This document shows positions 1 through 7,891 of a stretch of DNA of 64,000 nt, one piece after another (position 1 is the stretch's first letter; the number at the start of each line of letters is the position of its first letter). The notes beneath the pieces were generated by a model. That model was not told the origin of the DNA and did not search any database. It was given only the letters and a program-made list of their open reading frames with translations. This DNA is from a virus: positions 32,001 through 96,000 of the IMG/VR virus record IMGVR_UViG_3300025120_000001. One strand, given 5' to 3'. A program made the translations under genes and the position numbers.

Positions 1-1454
1 ATTTCAACAAATATTCTTACATAATTTGCTGTATTTGATGGTCTGTCAATATGCATAACAACATTATGTGTTGGAGCAGCCAAAGAAGGAACAGCAGGAT
101 TAAATGGAAGTAATTCAAATGTAGTACTATTTGCTAATGAAATAGTAGCATAATCAGTAACAGCTGATGTATTTACTTTACAAACAGAAGTTTGCAAAAA
201 CTTAAAGTCATCAACAGTGTCAAACTCAATATCCATTTTATTTTCTAAAGTATCATCTGTTATAGTAACTCCAACAGTAGTTGTATCTTTAAAATTTAAT
301 CTAGATGAATCCCCAACAATTACATTATTTTCTAATATATCAATTGTTGCTGTATTAGTTGTAGGTCCATAACCTGTTTGAAATTTAATATCATCTAAAG
401 CAAATCCAGCCGGTGCAAGTGAGGGTCTATTTGGATATAGTGTAAACCATAAACCACCTATAGTTGTATTTTGCGTAAACATTGAAAAACCAGATAGAGG
501 AAGATTTACAAGTTGCCATGTTCCAATTGCAGAAGCTGTCATATCTATAAGACCTTCAATCTTTCTATAACCAATTCTCGTATTACCATCAGTAAAAACC
601 GTATCAGCCCAACCAAAAACATAAAATCTAGATACGCCTGCAGCAACTAAGTCTTCTGTTATCTGAATTCTAAAGCTTAAAATACTATACTGAGATCTAC
701 TTATAGGCGAAGGTGCTACAAATCCAACACCTCTGTTCCATCCATATTGTCCTACACTGCCTAAAACACATTCTGTACCTTGAAAAGGTGTAGGTGTTGT
801 TGATGAAAAATCAGCAGTATTATTAGTACCAAATGTTGCTCCTGTCCAATCTGGAGTAGATCCTTCTCTATAAACATACTCTGTAGTAATGTTTGGAGTT
901 GAAGCATTTGTTCCTACTAATATAAATTGAACTAAAACTTGATCAATGCCAACTGTTGGTGTAATTGGTGTTGCAGAAGGAGTTCCTTGAACTACAGATA
1001 CAACTCCGCTTACGTCAGCAACAATTGCATCAAATCTTCCATTAGTAGGATCACCATTATTTAAAGTAACTGAAACTGCAGTACTACTATAGTTATTGCC
1101 ATCTATTATATAAGTTAAATTACTAACATCAAAAACTAAACCTGTTCCTGAATATGAGGCAAATCCTGATAATAGTTGGGTACCTGTTGATGATCCTCCA
1201 TTAATAGCAACTAATGGATTAATTGCTGTACCATCTCCTGTTATTGTAGAACCATCTGTAACAACATCTGTTAATGCTTGAGCATCGTATGCACCTATTA
1301 TTGTACCAGCTGCATCTTTATAATTTACAAGTTCTGTATTTAAATCATAAAAGTATGTATCATTTGGTACACTAGGCCAATCTACTGAACTGTCTGTAGT
1401 GTGTGTATAAAGCACACCGGCCCCCATCTTTGTTGTTACTACTACTACTGCCAT
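1..1454 (-). CDS. Tail fibre / receptor-binding protein with possible carbohydrate-binding beta-sandwich; 3' end runs off the window (>484 aa; not in ORF track)
   Basis: ATG at 1452-1454, 3 nt after the stop of ORF 1458..1676. Frame is open to the window edge: MAVVVVTTKMGAG...GTWQLVNLPLSGF...FALDDIKF. T/S/G/V-rich; the WQxVxLPL and xLDDIxF patterns resemble galactose-binding-like domains. Confidence 0.6.
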   Translation of the reverse strand, partial: MAVVVVTTKMGAGVLYTHTTDSSVDWPSVPNDTYFYDLNTELVNYKDAAGTIIGAYDAQALTDVVTDGSTITGDGTAINPLVAINGGSSTGTQLLSGFASYSGTGLVFDVSNLTYIIDGNNYSSTAVSVTLNNGDPTNGRFDAIVADVSGVVSVVQGTPSATPITPTVGIDQVLVQFILVGTNASTPNITTEYVYREGSTPDWTGATFGTNNTADFSSTTPTPFQGTECVLGSVGQYGWNRGVGFVAPSPISRSQYSILSFRIQITEDLVAAGVSRFYVFGWADTVFTDGNTRIGYRKIEGLIDMTASAIGTWQLVNLPLSGFSMFTQNTTIGGLWFTLYPNRPSLAPAGFALDDIKFQTGYGPTTNTATIDILENNVIVGDSSRLNFKDTTTVGVTITDDTLENKMDIEFDTVDDFKFLQTSVCKVNTSAVTDYATISLANSTTFELLPFNPAVPSLAAPTHNVVMHIDRPSNTANYVRIFVE

Positions 1455-1457
1455 GTT

Positions 1458-1676
1458 TTATTTCTTTTTTCTCAAAGTTCTTTTCTTAACTGGAGATTTT
1501 CTAGCACGGCTAGTTACAGCACCGCCAAGTTTCATTAAGTTATCTGCTTGACTTTTAGCTGCCTTTTTAACATCTCTCATTAAAGAAGTATTTTTTTTAA
1601 TTTCTTCTGCTCTTTGTAGAGTTGATATAGCAGATTCAACTTCCCATTTTTTCATTTCACTTTTGCTTGGTTTCAT
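1458..1676 (-). CDS. Small basic phage protein (72 aa)
   Basis: ORF track; tightly packed with neighbours; K/R-rich C-terminus; contains MKLGG. Confidence 0.7.
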   Translation of the reverse strand: MKPSKSEMKKWEVESAISTLQRAEEIKKNTSLMRDVKKAAKSQADNLMKLGGAVTSRARKSPVKKRTLRKKK

Positions 1677-1686
1677 AATTTATATT

Positions 1687-3474
1687 TTAAACATACATGT
1701 TTCCTTGCGGATCCGGTGTATTAGTTGTTGTTTGTGTTATACTTACTAATGGTGTACCAAGGCTATTATCGCCTGTTCTAAATGAACAGTTAGCATAAGC
1801 CAAGTCTTGATTTGTATTAGTTCCTTCAATGCATATACCAGCATCTTGATCAGTACTAAAACTAGAGTTTAATATTGTAATTAAATTTTTATATGATAAG
1901 CCTGAGTTGACTGAATCAAGTTCACAAGCAAGACTTTCCCCTGCAGCTGAACAATTTTCAAGTGTAAGGATATTATCATTAGTACCTTTTATATTATTTG
2001 CTATAATGACTAGACCTGTGGTATTTAATACACTAGAAGATCCTGAACAATTTAAAATTTTTGTTTTTTGGTTAGAACCACCTTGTTTAACTATTACCAA
2101 ACCAGATGCATTCACATCTCCGTTGCTAAATCCATGACAATCCTGAGCTGAGAGTACATCAATTAATTTAACACCACCGTGTATATACGGTTGCGTACCT
2201 GCAGTAATTGTTGTAGTACGGCCCGTACAATTATTTACACTTTTTCCTTCTATAATGACGCCACTGCCTGTAAGTGAATATCCTTTTATACCTACAGTAT
2301 TACAATTTTTTAAATATGCACCTGCCTCGTTATCACTACCTTTGTGATAGCCAACGCAATTCACAACTTCAGCTTCTTCTAAGTTAAGACCAATAGATTG
2401 TGGGCTTTCGCCTGTGCAATTAATAACAAGTCCATCTCTACTACCAGCTGTTGTACTTATACCGGCAGATTCTGTACCATATCCATAGCAATCCCTTAAT
2501 CTATAATCATTTGCTAATGCAATTCCTCCTTTATCTCCAAAAGCTTCCGCACCATATATTTTTGAAGCTGATACATATATAGCCCAACCATCCAAATTTA
2601 TAAACTTAACGCCAAAACAAGCTATACTACTTTCATTTATTAATTCAAGAGCTAGAGTATTACTTTCTATTCCCGGGTTATTCTGACCTGTTCTTACAAC
2701 ATTTCCATTATACATACTTAACTGGACTGCTCCAGATACAGTATCAGTAAATGCACTTGATGTATCAGTATTTGAATAAGTAACCGTAAAGCCATTTAAA
2801 TTTATATTTACTTGATCTTTAAAATCAAAACCAGTTCCAGTTGATAAAGTATAGTTTGCATGTAATGTTATAGTATCACCGGCTACAGCTGCAGCAACAG
2901 CGGCAGAGTATTCAGAATAATAAGTAAGCTCACCTAGAGCGTCTACTGTGGACCATACACCAAAAGAAGAAGATCCTGCAGAAAGATCAATTGTATCTGC
3001 ATTGTCAGTTATCGTTACAGTTCCATCTACACTAGTAAGACTTTTAAATTCAAAGTCTTCTCCTGTTTTTTGTTTGAAGCATCCAGCACCAGTTCCAATA
3101 TTAGATGCGGTGTTTGCTTCAGCTAAGTTATCAAATTCAACAAAGTCTCCATTTTCAGTTATAGTAAGATTTAAGCTAAGAGATTTAAGTTTGCGGAAAT
3201 TATCAAAACAATCACCGGTTATTGGATCTGTAGTTGTGTCTTTAAATACCCCAGCGCTTGGATCACCTAATGGTATATTTACATTTTCACATTCAGCACT
3301 TGCTAAAAAATCTTTATACTTAACTAGTTTTACGTCTTTATAGGGAACCGGAGAAGCAATACCCTCTATATCTGGTTCTTCACTTATGCCTATAACTAAG
3401 ACATCGTCTGGTTTAACATGATTTCTAAATTTCTTTCTTTTGAAAAGACTTAATATGTCAGTTAGAATATTCAT
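1687..3474 (-). CDS. Tailspike-like protein with C-terminal right-handed beta-helix (putative depolymerase)
   Basis: N-terminal anchor, two copies of a GxFK...F(R/K)xL...TIT module, then AAVAAAVAGDTI followed by repeating (V/I)xNCxG/S rungs typical of pectin-lyase-like folds. Confidence 0.65.
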   Translation of the reverse strand: MNILTDILSLFKRKKFRNHVKPDDVLVIGISEEPDIEGIASPVPYKDVKLVKYKDFLASAECENVNIPLGDPSAGVFKDTTTDPITGDCFDNFRKLKSLSLNLTITENGDFVEFDNLAEANTASNIGTGAGCFKQKTGEDFEFKSLTSVDGTVTITDNADTIDLSAGSSSFGVWSTVDALGELTYYSEYSAAVAAAVAGDTITLHANYTLSTGTGFDFKDQVNINLNGFTVTYSNTDTSSAFTDTVSGAVQLSMYNGNVVRTGQNNPGIESNTLALELINESSIACFGVKFINLDGWAIYVSASKIYGAEAFGDKGGIALANDYRLRDCYGYGTESAGISTTAGSRDGLVINCTGESPQSIGLNLEEAEVVNCVGYHKGSDNEAGAYLKNCNTVGIKGYSLTGSGVIIEGKSVNNCTGRTTTITAGTQPYIHGGVKLIDVLSAQDCHGFSNGDVNASGLVIVKQGGSNQKTKILNCSGSSSVLNTTGLVIIANNIKGTNDNILTLENCSAAGESLACELDSVNSGLSYKNLITILNSSFSTDQDAGICIEGTNTNQDLAYANCSFRTGDNSLGTPLVSITQTTTNTPDPQGNMYV

Positions 3475-3665
3475 CTTCTTTTTCCGTGATATGTGTTAGC
3501 TGTTGGAACAGTGCCTCCCATATTCATTTTTTTACTACATCCGCAATCTTTACCTTTCATATATGCATTATTAGCAGATCCAGGCATTGTCATATCTAAT
3601 CTTCCAGACATTGATGTTAAAAGAGAAGGTTGACCTCCTTGTTTATATTTTATTTTCTTAGCCAT
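3471..3665 (-). CDS. Small basic protein with YKQGG and MNMGG motifs (64 aa)
   Basis: ORF track; ATGA overlap with the downstream gene. Confidence 0.7.
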   Translation of the reverse strand: MAKKIKYKQGGQPSLLTSMSGRLDMTMPGSANNAYMKGKDCGCSKKMNMGGTVPTANTYHGKRR

Positions 3666-3667
3666 AA

Positions 3668-3811
3668 TTATATGTTTAATGTTAAAGTTACTATTACTAA
3701 ATATAACTTAAAAGTATTATAGTCATATTCCTCGTCAGCTCTTATAGATTCCCATCCTAATGCGCATCTATCATGCGGCCAATGAAATACTACTAGTAGT
3801 TCCCAGTCCAT
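3668..3811 (-). CDS. Unlisted 47-aa protein MDWELLVVFHWPHDRCALGWESIRADEEYDYNTFKLYLVIVTLTLNI
   Basis: Manual translation; TAATG coupling to the upstream gene at 3809-3813; stop 2 nt before the next ATG. Confidence 0.65.
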   Translation of the reverse strand: MDWELLVVFHWPHDRCALGWESIRADEEYDYNTFKLYLVIVTLTLNI

Positions 3812-3993
3812 TATACTCTATATCTTACTTTTGCACCACATCCCTTTCTCTTGCATTTTTTTACCGCTCTTTTCCTTCTACGGTTAGTGCCTCGGTTACC
3901 ACCTCTTTTTTTACCAGGACCAGAACCTCCAAATTGACTTTCCATGACGTCTCCGCCATTCATGAATTTTTTAGTTAAAAGTTTATCATTCAT
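3811..3993 (-). CDS. Small Arg/Lys/Gly-rich protein (60 aa) with FMNGG and SQFGG
   Basis: ORF track; coupled to the downstream ORF. Confidence 0.65.
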   Translation of the reverse strand: MNDKLLTKKFMNGGDVMESQFGGSGPGKKRGGNRGTNRRRKRAVKKCKRKGCGAKVRYRV

Positions 3994-3997
3994 TTTA

Positions 3998-4099
3998 TTA
4001 CAATTTACTTTTAGTTTTATGGCAAAGACCTATACGGCAATGTCCTAAACAAACCTTGCCTCTAGTTAACCATTGTAAAAATATGCATATATTTCTCAT
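3998..4099 (-). CDS. Unlisted 33-aa Cys/His-rich peptide MRNICIFLQWLTRGKVCLGHCRIGLCHKTKSKL
   Basis: Manual translation; ATGA overlap with the upstream stop at 4096-4099; fills the gap exactly. Confidence 0.55.
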   Translation of the reverse strand: MRNICIFLQWLTRGKVCLGHCRIGLCHKTKSKL

Positions 4100-4230
4100 T
4101 TTCCTTGACCTTTATATTTTTTTAAATAGTACTTACTACTTTTTAATTTAGAAGTCTTGCTTTTAGAGTGTATGCCTGGTCTAGTCTTCCTTGTCTCTTT
4201 TTCTAAACCACCCTTTTCTTTTAGTCTCAT
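4096..4230 (-). CDS. Small basic protein ending RPGIHSKSKTSKLKSSKYYLKKYKGQGK (likely start 4230; track gives 4287)
   Basis: C-terminal RPGxHxK...YxGQG(K/R) pattern of small basic phage proteins; overlaps the holin 3' end. Confidence 0.55.
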   Translation of the reverse strand: MRLKEKGGLEKETRKTRPGIHSKSKTSKLKSSKYYLKKYKGQGK

Positions 4231-4639
4231 TATGCATTTGTGCTTTTGCGTTTGTATCTTTAACCTTTTCAATGGACCTTCCTCCAAAGTAAGCTCCTAT
4301 TACAGTAAGCAATGTAATCTCTAAAAAGCTAATCCATTTATCTTCTACTTTAAAATCTAAAAAGCCCGCATCAATAAAAACTAAAATCATAGTACACACT
4401 ACTAAGAATATCAAAACCATTGGCCTAACATTCTTAGATAGCCAAGAGTCTGAATTCATATCAGCCTCCCATCTTTTTGTTACGTTCTCTTGAATAGTAT
4501 CTTCACTATCCAGTAACATTTTCTGCATAGCATTTTTGAGAGTCATCTTCTCTTCTTTAGAAGTAACTACCTCATCAATGATCTTATCAGCTTTTCCAAA
4601 AAGACCTCCTAATAAATTGCCTATCCAAGGTGCTGCCAT
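4181..4639 (-). CDS. Holin, 3TM gene-transfer-agent type
   Basis: RWxADMxSDSWLSKNVRP followed by two hydrophobic helices and YFGGRSxEK, characteristic of this holin family. Confidence 0.75.
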   Translation of the reverse strand: MAAPWIGNLLGGLFGKADKIIDEVVTSKEEKMTLKNAMQKMLLDSEDTIQENVTKRWEADMNSDSWLSKNVRPMVLIFLVVCTMILVFIDAGFLDFKVEDKWISFLEITLLTVIGAYFGGRSIEKVKDTNAKAQMHNETKRKGWFRKRDKED

Positions 4640-4642
4640 AAT

Positions 4643-5308
4643 CTATCCTTTTTTCTTCATTCTAGACTGCATCTTTCTACCTCTCTTTTGAGATACTTGC
4701 TTGTTAGAGCCTTTACTTTTTACAGTTCTCTTTTGAGACATTCCCATTGGGCCTTTAGGACCAGCTTTAGAAACAGTTTTACTTTTACTTACTGTTGATT
4801 TAAATGGACCTATTGGATTTCTAACTGATTTTGTTTTAGTAATTGTTTTATCACCTCTCCTTTTAGTAACAGTTTTTGTAGTTACCGGACTTCCACCTAC
4901 AGTTCCTGGTCTAGGATTTTTTGTAGTAACACTTACAGTTCTTCTTTTTGCTTTTGGCTTACTTACAGTACCACTCGGCTTACTTACAGTGCCACTTGGT
5001 TTTCTATCTTCTGGTTTACTTACAGTGCCGCCAATTTGCATCTTAGACATTTGCTCTTTTCCGTACATTGCCTTATCATTATAGTAACCCATTGGATTAC
5101 CTACATAACTAGATGCTTTAGGACCACCACCGTGACCATATTTCTTTGTAGCAAGTCCTTTACCAAGCTTACCTTCTTTGGCCATTTTCTTAATTTTACG
5201 TTTAGTAGGGGTTTTTGTACCCATTCTACCTTCCATCATACCCTTTACTTTTCTAATTGTACCGCCACCTTGGTACTTCATTCCTGCTTTTTTCATATTT
5301 GCTGGCAT
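4643..5308 (-). CDS. Highly basic low-complexity protein (221 aa), possible DNA-condensing internal protein
   Basis: K/R/T/G-rich; YQGGG, YGHGG and MQIGG motifs; GTVSKP x3. Confidence 0.7.
   Translation of the reverse strand: MPANMKKAGMKYQGGGTIRKVKGMMEGRMGTKTPTKRKIKKMAKEGKLGKGLATKKYGHGGGPKASSYVGNPMGYYNDKAMYGKEQMSKMQIGGTVSKPEDRKPSGTVSKPSGTVSKPKAKRRTVSVTTKNPRPGTVGGSPVTTKTVTKRRGDKTITKTKSVRNPIGPFKSTVSKSKTVSKAGPKGPMGMSQKRTVKSKGSNKQVSQKRGRKMQSRMKKKG
4955..5030 (-). repeat. Coding repeat: two adjacent 21-bp units plus a third spaced copy (GTVSKP)
   Basis: gg(c/t)ttacttacagt(a/g)cc occurs three times. Confidence 0.8.
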
Positions 5309-5331
5309 AGCTTTAAATTTTAATTGTTTAT

Positions 5332-5547
5332 TTATTTTTTGTTTAACTTCTTTAGAGTTAATGCAAATCTAGCACGCTGTGCAGTTTTACTATTTCCCCC
5401 TTTAGCTTTTTCACGCAACCAAGAAACTTTAATAGTACCGTCTCCTTTTATAGCTCCTGCTCTTTTTGCAGTTGCAGTTAAAGAACCAGGCTTCTTAATA
5501 GCTTTTTTAATATTAAGTTTACTACTTTTTCTTTTTTGGGCTGCCAT
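5332..5547 (-). CDS. Small basic phage protein (IKKAIKKPGSL...RARFALTLKK); likely start 5547
   Basis: ORF track 5332..5580; A-rich leader before MAAQ at 5547. Confidence 0.7.
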   Translation of the reverse strand: MAAQKRKSSKLNIKKAIKKPGSLTATAKRAGAIKGDGTIKVSWLREKAKGGNSKTAQRARFALTLKKLNKK

Positions 5548-5848
5548 TTTTATTAAATTTCTTTCCTTTGATTGCATCAACTACATCATCCATTTCATTG
5601 ACTGCATTCTTAGTTCTGCGTCCAACCTCTTTAGCCGCAGCAACTGTTTTTTCATCTACTGTAGTTAAAGACCATAACCACTTCCAACCAGCTAAGGCCC
5701 AGAGACAAATGTTTTGCAGTGATATTGTCCATATCACTTTAAAAATAATTTTTACAATTTTCATAATATTGATATTTTTATCAGCTAATATTATAGCTGT
5801 AGTATAGTATAAGATAACAAAAATTAATAACATTACCAAAAGAGCCAT
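5522..5848 (-). CDS. Membrane protein (lysis-cassette candidate)
   Basis: Hydrophobic N-terminal half and charged helical C-terminus; alternative start at MKIVK. Confidence 0.55.
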   Translation of the reverse strand: MALLVMLLIFVILYYTTAIILADKNINIMKIVKIIFKVIWTISLQNICLWALAGWKWLWSLTTVDEKTVAAAKEVGRRTKNAVNEMDDVVDAIKGKKFNKNGSPKKKK

Positions 5849-5851
5849 AGT

Positions 5852-6157
5852 TTAGATATTTCTTAGTCTTTCATTTTCTCTTTCAAGAAATGCAACTTTA
5901 GTTCTTAACTCAGCAACCTCTTCAGTAAGTGATAATATTTGTGCACGCATCTCATCTTTTTCTTCTGAACTTTCTTTTAAAAGAGTTTCAAGAGTGCGGA
6001 CTCTAGATCTTAAATCATCTCTATATAGATTTTGATCATCCTTCTTATCTTTCATTTGCTCTGATCTTAATTGTATTCTTTTTTCATAAAACTTCCAGGC
6101 CCCTGCTGAGAAGAGTACAGTTACAATTGTTACTATTACGGTGGTTAAGTTATCCAT
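5852..6157 (-). CDS. Single-TM coiled-coil protein (holin/antiholin/spanin-like)
   Basis: N-terminal TM helix VIVTIVTVLFSAGAW followed by a long heptad coiled coil. Confidence 0.65.
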   Translation of the reverse strand: MDNLTTVIVTIVTVLFSAGAWKFYEKRIQLRSEQMKDKKDDQNLYRDDLRSRVRTLETLLKESSEEKDEMRAQILSLTEEVAELRTKVAFLERENERLRNI

Positions 6158-6539
6158 TCTCTGATCTATAATAATGATTACATATTCTTTTTAAGTTGAA
6201 GAAGGCGCTAAGTGATATTACAATCCAACCCCAATGAGTAGGACATACATAGTTTCCTTTAATATAATACATAACAACTACTACTAGAGAAAATAAAAAA
6301 ACACCCAGAGATAAAGTTTTTCTAGTCTTTAGCGGGTGGTAACAAACAGAATATATTGTGGTAAATCCTATGATCATTGATATAATTACCAACCATAGGT
6401 TTAAGCCGTGTTCTGCACTGTATACAACAGGGAAAAATATTAACCATATTATTCCTTGTGTTATTTCAGTAGGTTCAGAATCATAATAAGTTAAAATGTT
6501 TTTTATCTTTGAAAGCATTTTACAATAAATTAGAAACAA
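6150..6539 (-). CDS. Four-TM membrane protein (ATG start at 6518 is plausible)
   Basis: Four hydrophobic segments; overlaps the next gene by 8 nt. Confidence 0.65.
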   Translation of the reverse strand: MFLIYCKMLSKIKNILTYYDSEPTEITQGIIWLIFFPVVYSAEHGLNLWLVIISMIIGFTTIYSVCYHPLKTRKTLSLGVFLFSLVVVVMYYIKGNYVCPTHWGWIVISLSAFFNLKRICNHYYRSENG

Positions 6540-6568
6540 ATGTGTACTAATACTTAGTACCCTATATT

Positions 6569-6580
6569 ATAATATACAAA
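6569..6580 (-). promoter_or_regulatory. Putative late promoter -7 element TTTGTATATTAT
   Basis: Same intergenic motif recurs at 42686, 54860, 61454 and 63051. Confidence 0.65.
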
Positions 6581-6632
6581 AATCTAATTAATTTTTGTAG
6601 TTTAAATCATATAACTTTAAAATTTTTTACGT

Positions 6633-6821
6633 ATGAGTAGAAACCAATTTCATTTAATCATGTTTCCAAAAGAACCTTTAGTTGGAATACAGATTTTTAA
6701 TACAGAATTTCATTTTGATGATGAAGATAATAATCTCCGTATACATAGGTATTACGGTATTGAAATAGGATTATTATTTTTTAGATTTTCTTTTATGAGA
6801 ATTGGAGACAGAATCTCTTGA
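6633..6821 (+). CDS. Hypothetical 62-aa beta-rich protein
   Basis: ORF track; first gene of the plus-strand cassette. Confidence 0.55.
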   Translation: MSRNQFHLIMFPKEPLVGIQIFNTEFHFDDEDNNLRIHRYYGIEIGLLFFRFSFMRIGDRIS

Positions 6822-6836
6822 TTTTGATCCTTATTT

Positions 6837-6848
6837 TTCTTAAATTAT
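6837..6848 (+). promoter_or_regulatory. Putative promoter TTCTTAAATTAT upstream of nrdB
   Basis: Variant of the shared motif, with TTG 20 nt upstream (Bacteroidetes -33/-7 spacing). Confidence 0.4.
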
Positions 6849-6855
6849 AGTACAC

Positions 6856-6887
6856 AGCCGTACCATTCAAATAGTATGGCTTTTTTT
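6856..6887 (+). terminator. Hairpin plus U-tract in the nrdB leader
   Basis: agccgtac-10 nt loop-gtatggct followed by a T run. Confidence 0.55.
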
Positions 6888-6909
6888 ATCAATCCTTTAA
6901 AAATTAAAT

Positions 6910-7890
6910 ATGAACGGAGATATCTTTATGCCGAGAGTAAATATTTTGCCTTATGAATACCCACAATTATTAGATTACAAAGACGCTATCAGACATTCCT
7001 ATTGGATTGATACTGAATATAATTTTACAGAAGATATTTCTGATTTTAAAACAAAGATTACTGATCAAGAAAGAGAAGTAATTAAACGCACAATGTTAGC
7101 CATTGCTCAAATAGAAGTAAAGGTTAAAACATTCTGGGGTGATTGTTTTAAAAGAATGCCTATAGCCGAAATTGGTGATGTAGGTATGACATTCGCAGAG
7201 TCTGAAGTTAGACATAAAGATGCCTACGCCAGGCTGCTTAGAATCTTAGGTTTAGAAAAAGAGTTTGAGAATGTAATTAATGTTCCTGCTATAAAAGGAC
7301 GTATGGATTATCTGAACAAGTATCTTGATGGTACTAGAAGTAAAGATAATAAAATGTATACCAAATCTGTACTGTTGTTCTCATTGTTCATTGAACATGT
7401 AAGTCTATTCAGTCAGTTTCTTATTATGATGAGTTTTAATAAAGAGAAGAACCTTTTCAAAGGGATCTCAAACGTTGTTGAAGCTACCAGTAAAGAAGAA
7501 GATATACACGGAAACTTTGGTGTTGAGTTAATCAATATCATTAAGAAAGAAAATCCGGAATGGTTTGATGCTGAGTTTGAGGGATTGGTTTATTCTGCGT
7601 GTAAGAAAGCTTACGCTGCAGAAACTGAGATCTTAGATTGGATATTTGCAAAAGGTGAGTTAGACTTTCTACCTAAAGAAACAATAACTAATTTTATTGC
7701 AAATAGATTCAATAACTCATTAAGTAAGATTGGTATGGACAGTTTGTTCAATGTTGACCAAGAATTATTAAACAAAACTAAGTGGTTTGATGTAGAGTGC
7801 ACTGCCACTAAAGAAGGAGATTTCTTCTATAAAAAACAAATTGATTATAACAAAAAAAGCAAGAGTATAACACATGCAGATTTATTCTAA
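6910..7890 (+). CDS. nrdB: Ribonucleotide reductase beta subunit, class Id-like (NrdBi)
   Basis: Ferritin-like ligands E69, E99, H102, E162, E197, H200, plus Y106 and K73; first ligand is Glu rather than Asp. Confidence 0.93.
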   Translation: MNGDIFMPRVNILPYEYPQLLDYKDAIRHSYWIDTEYNFTEDISDFKTKITDQEREVIKRTMLAIAQIEVKVKTFWGDCFKRMPIAEIGDVGMTFAESEVRHKDAYARLLRILGLEKEFENVINVPAIKGRMDYLNKYLDGTRSKDNKMYTKSVLLFSLFIEHVSLFSQFLIMMSFNKEKNLFKGISNVVEATSKEEDIHGNFGVELINIIKKENPEWFDAEFEGLVYSACKKAYAAETEILDWIFAKGELDFLPKETITNFIANRFNNSLSKIGMDSLFNVDQELLNKTKWFDVECTATKEGDFFYKKQIDYNKKSKSITHADLF

Positions 7891-7891
7891 T

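Noticed and set aside
1-3474. Diversity-generating retroelement targeting the fibre genes
   Set aside because: No reverse transcriptase and no TR/VR repeat pair visible in this window
3696-3710. Promoter-like TATATTTAG on the minus strand
   Set aside because: Lies inside the coupled 47-aa ORF 3668..3811 in AT-rich sequence
7874-7891. ORF-track starts for nrdA (7874), the 1929-aa ORF (15505) and the 1062-aa ORF (38317)
   Set aside because: Downstream ATGs at 7892, 15496 and 38293 abut the upstream stops and fit translational coupling better
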